Source of the DNA: Chrysomallon squamiferum | Lineage: Eukaryota > Animalia > Mollusca | Length of the DNA: 64,000 bases | Direction: 5' to 3' | Assembly (NCBI GenBank): GCA_012295275.1 | Contig: CM022665.1 | Coordinates: 19,282,001-19,346,000, forward strand | Shown: piece by piece, positions 43,921 to 55,508 of the stretch | How the letters are laid out: each line of letters starts with the position of its first letter | Position numbering within the stretch: the first letter of the stretch is position 1 | Notes under the pieces: generated by a model | What the model was told of the DNA's origin: nothing | The model's input: the letters and a program-made list of their open reading frames with translations, nothing else | Databases searched by the model: none | Made by a program: the position numbers and the translations under genes

Positions 43921-46900
43921 TCAAAAGAATCTGCTTAACTTTTTGCGTGCATTTGGTTTTCTTTGTTTTTTCCTTGTGGTTACATGTTTATGAATCAGCT
44001 CAGCAAACACCGTTATTACTGAAACAAACAGACCCGCTCCCAGAAGATAGAAAGCACTTTGTAAATCTTCCAAGTCTACAGACTTTGCCTTCGTCTGATT
44101 TTGCTTGTTACACGATTTACTGTTCGAATCTTTGTTAAGACGGCTAATAATGGCGTCCAGCGTCCCAGAGTCTATAAGTCTCATTATACTAAAAATAATA
44201 AAGTAATACAACAATAAAAGCAAAGAGGAAGAATAATACTACATAAAATATCAGTTCTGAGTTATATCATTAGACAGGTGCGGTTGGTATTACTCTATTT
44301 ATTTATTTATTTATTTTATTTTATTTTATTTTATTCTATTTTATTTTATTTTATTTTATTTTATTACTATATATATATATATATATATATTATTTTTAAT
44401 ATTTTGGATTATTAAGTATATATTATATATTAAAATGACAAAAAGAAAAAACAAAAAATACGCTGAGAATATTTCATTATTTAAGAATTTTTTCCTAACG
44501 TTTCTTCAGTCAAGTTTTTAATATGTAACGTCTTGACAACCTGTTAGAGAACACAGCAGTGAAGTCGGAGTTGAATGGGAGACCAAATGTATAAGTAACT
44601 GGAACTGATAACTTAGGAACAATCACTTGAAGGTCGCAGTCAGCAGAAGCCCAAGCTTTCAGAATGTCGTAATGGTTGACAAAAACATATGACCCGTTTT
44701 GCAGTTTTGGTAGATGTCTTGGTAATTCTCCGTACCATTTGTGCAGTCGTTTGTCCTCAATTCGCGCCCACAGGCGTTTATCTTCACCCTGCATTCATTC
44801 GAAACTCATCATTTATTTTCTAATCTCTAACTTTAACAGCAAACTAAACACTCAAATACTGTAAATAATGTTGATGCTAAACATGAAAATGAAACACAAA
44901 TAATGTTTCTTTTAGGGAACATATTACAAATCCTTCGATAAAGAAAACACTGTTGAATCAACATCTACAGATATATACTATAATAATAATTAAAAAAAAT
45001 TCGTTGATCTAGTTTGTTTATAAAAACCGAGTTTACGACGTTAGTTTCACCATTTTCTTGTTAAACAATTACATGATAAAACGCAACAGTTAAATTATAT
45101 TCTCTTTGACGAAGGAGAAATGTAATAAAAATAACAAAATGACTAATATGAAATAATTATAAGTGGTACTATATATATAAGTAAAAGAAAGAAGAAAAAG
45201 TTGTTTTAGGCGTTATTATAAATGTTTCGTCCGCACTACAAAACCTGCAGTTTAAATATTTTATGTATAAAATAAAACATAGAAAATATCTTACATTTTT
45301 TAGAGTTCTAAACGGATAATTTCCAGTTGATCCCCACGTGAACGAATCTTCATCTAATACATCTTCTACAGTGTGAAACTTGATGTTTTCCACATTCACT
45401 GTCAAAAAAGCGATCAAGTTGGCTGAATACACAGCAGAGATGATTGTAGAAAATAACAGCCAAAAACCAATAGCGAAACGTCCACTCATAGAATCTGGCA
45501 AGTGCTGTCCTCCTGAAATCAAACAGAAACAAAAGATAGTTAATTTATAGAATTAGCAAAATAACAGTAACTAGAGTAAAGAAAATTAAATCATATTATT
45601 ATATACATACAGAAAGTGAGTGAGCGGAAAAAAAAAAAAAATAAGAAGAAAAAATTAAAAGAAAAAGAAAAAGAAGGGAAGAAAAGAGGAAGAATTTATT
45701 AATATCAAAAAAAAAAAATAATAATAATAATATGATAATAACAACAATAATAAAAATAAAAACATACTATAAACATACCGTGTTTTATTAGCGAGCCGTA
45801 CGCATACCACGTGAAGTGTCTGAGAATCTGCCAGACAGTGCAAACTTGGCGAGCTTCTGGCGAGTAATACGGATTGGTCCATTCAGTGAACACCATGAAA
45901 CAAACAATGAACACCAGCGAGGCGCCAATACACAGAAACACTTCAAACTGGAACGGGTGAACTAGAGTGAGCCACCTTGTGGATTCTGAGATGGGCTTCT
46001 TGAAAATAACGACAATTCTGTCCCACGAGTACGGAATAGTGAAGTCCATCTTGTCAATCCGGTCAGGCTGAGGAATGAGCGGGGCGGCTATCAGATCTAT
46101 TTCCTTTAAGATAAATACATTGTTTCGTTCTTTCATTCCTTCACGATAAATAAATGTGTTAATTCTTTCATTCCTTCGTTCGTAGATTAATTAGTATATA
46201 GATTCAGTTAACTTTGTAGCTCTACGGAATCAAACTGTTGTAAACAGAAACTTGGATATTCCAATATAAAGAAAAAAAGATAAGAATTCAGAAGGATCGT
46301 GAAGGAAAAGAAAATAGTCATAGTTTATTTTTCCTGTTAATTAATGTTAAATAAATGATCCATAATTTTCTTTACATTATTCACTATAATGCTGTTGTAG
46401 ATGCAGCTATTATTAAAACAATAAACAATAATCTTGTATTTTGTGATAAGTAATTTCTGATTTCAGATTAATTATTCACTATAAAATGTACTAGTTATAT
46501 ACACTAGCCTGATTTAGAATCTGTGCCACCATTCCATTGTAAGTTCCATTACCAAAGTTTTTTCCCCATTGACCATCTGGTGGTTCCACAATTATATAGC
46601 TAGAAGAAAATTTACAAAACATGCAAATAATCAAAATATAATTTTTAAATCTTTTTGCTTATTACTGTTTATTCACGTTATTATATAACATGTTTAACAT
46701 ACATAATTTCATTTTTCTTTTGAAATATATTTTCCCCTCTGTTGTTTTTGTTCTGAAGAATCTTTCTGTGGGCCCACGTTTGTCTTCTTATTTTAGTTTA
46801 TTTTCGCGTTAAAATGCTGACAACAGAAACTTAATATTCATACAGAATTTTTACTCAAGTCATGTAATCTTCCTTTCACAAACACCTTTAAAACAACAAT

Positions 46901-48599
46901 TTCTGTATATGAAACATCCGCAAATGAAATAATATATTATGCTCACGGAATATAATAAGGGAATGGTATTGATTTTTCACTTCAATAAATCTTGTGTTAC
47001 TGAAACTTACCTGAAATTCAGACGGTGTGAGATGATGTTAAGAATGCTGATACACAGTCCGGTGTAAACGTTCGTTCCGTTTTTCTTATTTCTTATAACA
47101 TAGGTGTGAAACTACAAAACAGTAATTATATTAACCATGCATTCCATTTTTAAGAGACAATTAAATTTGTTATATTTTCAGTATCTCTACAAATAAATAA
47201 AAGTTATTCTTAAAATCTGCTGGCTAACTGATGCTACAAGAATGATTAATTGACAACTGTCACTTATATCTAGTAAGGCAAAAAAAAAAAAATGCAAACT
47301 ATAATAAGTTTTGTCGTAATATTATTTTAAAATTAATTTTTTAAATTAGTTTAATTAAGGAATTTGAGCATGTATATGCACTAATATGAATGTCCTTATT
47401 AAAGAAGAAGACACAAAAGAACACAGCTAAGAACAAAAATAAACATTATTTCACAGATCTGTGTGATCCTGTATCTTACCGGGAGAGTGGAAACAGTTAA
47501 AGTTATGTTATTCATCCCGTACTGTGTTAAAGGATACAATTTGCTGATAAGAATGCTGGAATTGTCTGGTACGGTTTCACCGACGTAATCCCTCTCTCTA
47601 TTACAAATATTACTTGATACATTCTTCAAACGCTTATCGAAGAAATAAAAACAAAAAATTTAAAAAAATCAAATATCTATATAAAAAAATACAATAATAC
47701 ACACTCACATACATACTAAAATATTTGATTAATTTTATTTTTGTAAAAAAAAGATATAATATATTAATATTCTTGATTTTTATATGATAGTCATTACATT
47801 GGTCATAAAGGTAAACGAATTCATAGTGAATAAGTGATTATACATACAAAAACATATCTTTTTCATCACTAAGATAGACAGAAATAAGTTTATATATTAA
47901 GGTGTATCAAATACATTTCAACATACCACTGATGACAAATGCTTTGTCTCTGAGACAATGAAGGCCACATTTTGTAAAGCTGAAGACCAAGCTCTGGCCA
48001 GTTCTCTTTCTGTTTTCTCTATTGCAATAAGCCATAGTGATTTCATATCGAATGCTGAGAAACGATGAAGTGACATCTTGACTTCAGTAATCTGTAACAT
48101 ATACATATATGAAAATAGAACATTCTTGTATTAGTATGTATCGGTCGATCCAATGGAGGGAGTTCTGTATTTTGCGGCAGGATTTTTTGTCCGTGCAATT
48201 AAAACTCATTCCATTGTAAATATTGTATTATCAACTTTCTGAAAATCATGTATTGCTGGAAAAGCTTGGATTTTGTGCCCTTATAACTTCAAAGTTTATT
48301 TATTCTACGTAACAAATGTAATCTAAAATATTAACAACAGTTTGTGGTAACCGATATAATAAAACAGATTTTTTTACTATTTGTAGAGCTTGTCGTCTTC
48401 CAAGGGGAGAGCAGATAACCATCACATTAACTGTGAATTTGTTTTTAAATAACCGGTGATGCTGCTGTGTTAGAATATTTGTGAAGTTGGCAGATTCTGT
48501 CTTGTCAATATTTAAAAGTAAATATTGTTGTTTGTGCATATCATTCCATTCTACAATGTGCTCTGCAATAAAATAAAACATAATATAAATACATAAACA

Positions 48600-48641
<42 letters not shown>

Positions 48642-49178
48642 CAAGAGAATTAAAGTATATTTTAATAAAAGAATAAAAGATGTAAATTCATAAATTAATT
48701 CTGGATTTGTCAGAAACTGGTAAAATACAGAATAATGTTAGCACAAACACAAACGTACGCATATTAACGACCATCTTATGCCAGGTAGTAAGTAATATTA
48801 TTAAATATGGTAGGAATAGTAGATGAAAATAACATTCAAAGATTTTAAAACCCCACTAATAATATACTTTAGCATCATAATAAAAGTTTTAAAGAACCTG
48901 TGCAGTTGTCTGTTATAATGATAATTTCTGTCCACTTCATTCTGTTGGCTAGCTCCCACATTACACTGTTTATCTGAATAACAGGTTCAGAACAGAAACG
49001 TTTTTCCCTTTCTAACTCAGAATCTCGGAGATACGAAGAGCTGCTGTGTGAGTCTGACCGGTGACTGTCTGTCAGCGAATACAAACACACGACTGTAAAA
49101 GGTTTAGCTCCATCTGGAGAAGTATTTCTTATTTTAACGTCCAGGTGTGACCAGCAGTTTTCTGTTGCTAATAATAAC

Positions 49179-49237
<59 letters not shown>

Positions 49238-49241
49238 TAAC

Positions 49242-49294
<53 letters not shown>

Positions 49295-49969
49295 TAATAA
49301 TAATAATAATAATAATAATCAATAATAATAATAATAAATGATAATAATAATTATAATATTGGTAATGATGATGATGATGATGATGCGATGACGATGACGA
49401 CGGTGATAATAGTAATAATAAGAAAAATGATACCAACAAGAAATTTTTTGGCAATAATACAAATATAAAAGATAACTACAAAAACAAGAAGTATTACGTA
49501 GTTGTAATACAGTGGGAGCAAAAACATGGGAAAAAAAAGTATTTTAACATTTGATACGCTTAAATTAAAAGGTTTTCGGTAGTTAGATTCTTATTACAGA
49601 GTTTAACCTTGGCTCGGTGGAAATGTCACATACCTAAGAATGGTTTTATAACTTTAAATCATATAACGTTCAAAGCTATAAGTTTTAAAAAATAAAGTTG
49701 TTAAAACAATATAATTTAAAAATGCTGTTTGCATGACATTTCTCTGAAATAAAACATATCAAAAATAACCTTTTAGATTTATAACAACAACAACAACAAC
49801 AACAATAGTTTGTTTGGATTTTTTCCTCCAAATGTTTTTTAAGTTGTCTCTTACCTTTTTTTCGCACGTTTTGCGAAACAGCTAAAAAACTGATTGCTAC
49901 AGTCCAGAAAATCTCACGTAAATTCAACATTTTTCTCTGTATTGTGTATAGCATTACTTTCCAAGACAT
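43921..49969 (-). CDS. IR-D: divergent iGluR-like ionotropic receptor, ~700 aa, intact, tandem paralog of IR-C
   Basis: Exons in transcription order: 49969(or 49930)-49855 (signal-peptide-like MLNLREIFWTVAISFLAVS), 49167-48898, 48562-48378, 48091-47927, 47632-47480, 47111-47011, 46599-46509, 46103-45779, 45512-45295, 44788-44541, 44188-43921. Motifs PPDGQWG...YNGMV, APL...R..MDFTIPY, YGSLIKHG, YSANLIAFLT, DLQSAFYLL. Three exon lengths (101, 91, 218 nt) equal those of IR-C. Confidence 0.92.
49169..49337. repeat. (AAT)n microsatellite abutting the IR-D exon 2 acceptor
   Basis: Direct reading. Confidence 0.95.
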
Positions 49970-50459
49970 ATCAGTTAAAGTTCGAACGCGTCCAGAAAAA
50001 TGTGTTTACTTTGCAATAAGCCCAATTATTCTGTCTATTAGTTGAAGGAAATCTTATTTCAAGAAAACAGGTCACAAATTGTTTAAACAATCGAACGAGA
50101 CAAATTTATCAATTATTGTGACCGATATTCTAAGATTTTAAACAAGCTAATATCAAAAGCCGAAAAGGATGTCCACGAAGAATTCAGAGTATATACTACA
50201 GTCAGTTCAAGGTGACAGGAAAAATTAAGTATTCATTATAAAATGTACTTAGATGTCCGATTCCAATTAATTTTTACCGATTAATGTTGCTTTTCATAAT
50301 CATTGTATGTATGTATGTATGTATGTATGTATAAAATTAAAGCTGTTTTTTATTTATTTTTTGTAAAACATATTTTATCTTGGAATCAATAATAATTAAA
50401 TACATGCATAATGATGATGAATTTGGATGATAAGTAAATTTTGTCTTACTTACCAACCT

Positions 50460-51707
50460 AAACCTGTCTACAAATATATAGATAAACTCGTCAAAAAAAC
50501 ACAGAATCAATTTTACCGTCTATTTTTCTGTTATTGATATATATTTTCTTTTAAAGTTTCTATTAACGTAATGTTCAGGTTTTATGTTTACATTTCTAAA
50601 TACAGTGTCATCCTCACAAAAATCTAAAAAAATGAAAATAAATAAAATAAAGCGGTCAAAAATAAATAAAAATGTAAATAACAACAGCAGCAACAACAAC
50701 AATAACAATAATAACAAAATAAATTAATAAACAGTTAACTATTTTCTATGTACTGAACTATATTAACATAGTTCGATGATATATGACTGTATTATTGTTT
50801 TTTCTTCTGTGCATGGGTCATTTAGTTTTAGAATAGATTTCTTAACCTTGCCAGACTAATATAAAGTTGTCTTAATGAGATATAACGTTACTGATTTTGT
50901 TATTTTAGTTAGTCTCTCTTCACTGTGTTATGCACTTTTGGATTTATTTCTTCAAATGAGGAAATAAAACTATTACTACAGTGGTAAAAACAATTTATTT
51001 GGAAAATTCTGCTGCAAATAAATATCATAAGTAAACAAACCTTTGTAGTGTGATTACTTACCTTAATATCGATCATTTTTTAATTCACCGAAAAATGTGT
51101 GAATGCAAATCACCGAAATACGCAATAAAATTAGAAAGCTAACGCCAGACCATTCATTTTTTTTTTTTTCTTTAGTCTTATGCAAAAGTGAAGCAAGAAG
51201 CGCATCACAAGCAAATCATTCGATGTCTTCTTTCACTGAGACTCAACCAGGCTCTAAAATATCATAAACTTTTCAAGGTATGTGTAATCAAGAAAACAAA
51301 ACAGGCATGAACACACGCACACACAAACATAGAAAAGGCACCAATTTTCAATACCTGGATGAATTTCTTTAAGAGAAGCTGGCTAATTATTATAGAACTG
51401 CTATTAGTTTTTGTCACCACTCCAAGATTTGACACACATGGTTTTTTTCTTTTTTTTTTTTTTTTTTTTTTTCATATTCTTTTAAAAATACCTTAATTCC
51501 TTAGAGCTCTTTGAACAACAGGTAGGCATACCGAACAAGAGAAGGAACCTTACTAAAAAATCAGCCAGCCTGTCTTTGTCTTTTGCATATGCTAAATTAT
51601 CTTTCTGCTGCGATGTGAGATCTAACCTAATGTTCGCAATTTAATGAAAAAAAAAAAACCTTGTTAACATGTTCATCTTTAAGTGTATACTAGAATCAGA
51701 ATTTGAT

Positions 51708-51745
<38 letters not shown>

Positions 51746-53559
51746 TAAACAGAAGTCAAATCTTTGAATGATAATAATGTAATAAGAACAGATTCTAAAT
51801 CATATTCTGCAGCACTGAGTTCACTTTGAAAAAATGTACTGTTTGTATCATGTCTTTATTAGGAACCGTGATTAACAAACAAAAAATTACTACTACTACT
51901 ACTACTACTGCTACTGCTGCTGCTACTACTACTACCAATAATAATAATAAAAAGAATGAAAAAAAATCAAATGGGCACAAAGCTACCAATCTGAAATAGG
52001 CATCAACAGATTTCGGACACTTTAGACATTCCGGGTATTTTTGACGCTATTTTTGTCAAAATTAAACACCCACACCATTATAACGCTAGACTATTAAAAA
52101 TAAAAGGTAACACTCGAAGATCCCCCCTCCAACACACAGATAAAGCAACTTTGCAATTAATGTGAAGTATTGCTCTAAGACCGGAAAAACAAATATGCGG
52201 GATTTCACTTGCGCCATTTTAATTGATCACTATATAAATACAATGTTAAAAATTAAATGTCTGGTGTATTAAAGCATTTCAACTGGATTTACATTTACCT
52301 GTAAAAATCAACATTAATTTATTTTTCAGACAATAACCCACTACTTTCTTTTCACATCGGAGGGTGGGGTTTATTATAAGCCTTGTTTATTTCTGTCTCA
52401 AATTTAAAAAACAAAGAAGCGACAAGTGTAATCGTAAATAGTAGGTTTACTTAATGAGTTAAATATATACATTACAAGTTTCTAAGAATATAGCTATTAT
52501 AAAGAAGAACAAGTCCATGAACGAAGAATGCATCCAGATAAAGTCGATAAAAAAAAAAAAAAAAAAAAAAGAAGAAGAAGAAATATACACATTTGACCAC
52601 TGGACCGTCAATACTTCAAAGTAACGTGCGGCCTTAAAACAGTGCTTCTTATAATATGAATGGATCCTCTAAAATGTCTAATAAAATTTAAAAAAAAATT
52701 AAAACAAATAAAAACAGGGGTGCGTTATAGTCCGGAAAATACGCCAAAACAAAACTGTATTGCGTAACGCTGTTCAATACACCTCCCCCCTTGTAACGCC
52801 ACACGACGCTTGATTATTCAAATCAAACTCTCGGCAAACTCGTGATGGTCTGCGCAAGCGCAATCGCAGATAACCTGAGTTAATCTTTCAAGATCAAGCT
52901 CATACCGTATCACTACCAAAATGGAACCATTTTCGCTGCCTAGGCTATATAACGGCGCTTCGTTATACTGGCGTTGGGTCGGGGCTAAATATTGGTGAAA
53001 CAAACGAGTATTTCATACGTTTTATTTATGGCAAGAACGTAACTTTCCATAACGTTTCCTTAGCCAAACTTTTAAGGTCCTGGAAATAGCATGGACCAAC
53101 TGGAACGATAACTCATAACGGCACAAATTACGTCAATGCCTCCAGAATTTCACCGATTTAATGGGTGCAAACTACACCTCAATGTTTTTTTCTGATAATG
53201 TTGGGTTCTGATATGGGGAATATTGCCAACTAGAAAAGTTAATACATTAATCTTATACCGAATTATAATTTTAGTTTATTATAAACGCATTTGCACAAAA
53301 ATAATCCAGTTTGAATAATTTGATTAAGTTGGAAAAGTAGTTACAAAAGGCGCAGGATATCATGGTTTGATAATATGAACAACCATCCTTATCTTTATCA
53401 GTGTAAATCCAAGGTGGCAGCGTCAAATGCTGTTGCATACTTTTAAACACGTATTCGTTCATAATGCAATCAATTCTACATGGATTATTAAAAGTAATTT
53501 GGCGAAACATGTCATTCAATGCCTCGTATACATAGATGTCCATTATTAATTAGAAGTTG
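50460..53559 (-). pseudogene. Possible highly eroded relics of further IR 5' exons
   Basis: Short by-eye similarities to IR-D exons 2, 3 and 5, e.g. NSSSIIISQL vs NSSILISKL and CTEEKTIIQSYIIEL vs CSEPVIQINSVMWEL. In-frame stops present. Confidence 0.3.
52590..52745. mobile_element. pogo/Tc1-mariner-type terminal repeat remnant
   Basis: ggggtgcgttatagtccggaaaatacg (52717-52743) is the reverse complement of the common pogo-type TIR start cgtattttccggactataa(c)gcacc. Only one end was seen. Confidence 0.45.
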
Positions 53560-53632
53560 CTGCAAAGGTCGAAACCATTTTTTCTTCTTTTTTTGGTTTA
53601 TTTTGACGTCATACGATCTCGTACTATATATA

Positions 53633-53663
<31 letters not shown>

Positions 53664-55508
53664 ATTAAACGTGAGAAATATATTAGAAATGAAAGATAGA
53701 TGAAACATGTTCTTTGATTTTAATGTTGGTGGTTTAGGCGTATAAGAAAAAATGGTTTAGGTTTACCCAATACCACGAATTCTGACACCGTCGCAAATTG
53801 CGGTCCTCAAGTCTATTATTTAACCTCGACAAATGCAACTAGATTTTATGTCACGTTTCCACCACAACTTTGTTTTGTATACCTGAACCCCTCGTAACAG
53901 ATTTTGTTCCACCCTTATTGCTATGAATAATTTCCATATTAATCATATTTCTGATACTAGAGCAAGCTGGAGAATATATAGTGAAACACATTTTAACATG
54001 GGGCATTTTGTAAATCATTTACAGTAGGAAGCCCTTAGTTTAAATCTATCCTAATCAGTAAACTAAACCCAAGCTAGACCCCATATGTAGCTCCTTTCTT
54101 TAATCTAGCCTAATCAATGAGCTTAAGAATTACCCCATGCATACTTATGATACTATGATACCACATTCAATACTCTACAAACCCATACATTTTGTGACTT
54201 TTTCCAATCATCATATGGACACTGACACGTTACTCTGCTAAAACTCCACAGCAGACAGTTCTGAGTACATAGCTGTAAAACGATATGTGATTCCGTAATT
54301 TTTTATTTTTTGTAATAGTTATTTCCATTTTCAATATATTAGAGATGGTATTTATATGCAAAAAGCACACTCATCATGTGTTATTTGGATGATTGCCTTG
54401 ATACCAGTTTTACAACAGAAAATTGAAAAAAATAATAATAATAATAATAATTTAAAGGTCCGTCAACTGGCTGAATAAAGAAATTAGTTAAAAATTAATT
54501 TTTCACTCTATTTCGTTAAAACAAAAATCATTCAACTTCTAAAATATGTACTATTATGTATACAAACAATGAGTTTCCTAGTTTTATTTTTTTTTTAAAA
54601 ATCATTGGTCTGTGCTACTGGAAAAAAACTGATGAATTTCCAAAACACTTACAAACCCTGGACAACAAAAAAAAAAAACATATTCACCTATCTGGTACCC
54701 AGATTTGACCTTAGTCATGAACTAATACGTAAAGACTTTAGTAGGAAATGCCACCAGACAATTATGGGGCAATTCAGTTTCTGTACTGCACCAATTCAGA
54801 CTTCATATTTATTTACTTAATGTAAATCAAACAATTTTCCACACATATATTTGAAACATTTAATCAATTATATGGTACAAATAAAAAAATAAAATAAAAT
54901 AAAATAAATATATATGTATATAAAACTCCTCAAATAAATATTTACAAAATAGATTTGTACATTTTACTATCTCACATTCAGCACAGAATGTATGTTTACG
55001 TAGCATTTTATCTTTTACATCCACATCATTAATTTATTTATATGTTTATGTAATTATAGAATTTGTATGTGTGTATGGATGTATGTTTTGTTATGTTTCT
55101 TTGTTTTTAATTTTAAAAGAAACAATCCATTTTGTTTTGATTATTACAGATGTTTGTGTAATGCTTAAAGATGCTAGCCATTGTCCAGCTGCTTTGTACA
55201 TCAGCAATTTTAACAATTCTGAATACTGCCAATGCGAACACTTCAACTTGTGTGGATGCAGCAGAAATAGAAAGATTTACTTCCCTTAAAATGTGTGATG
55301 CCAAGATCTATGGGATTTAATTAAATTTCGTGTTTTTTTAAAAAAGGAAAAAATACTTCTGATGTGTCTTCTTTTATTTCTTTAATATTGGTAAACCACT
55401 CTATCTATATATAATTAAAAGATAATAATAAAAAATTATTATCACCATTATACAAACATATATATAATATATGCATATTTTTTGTTTTTTACAACATGAT
55501 AAAATCCA

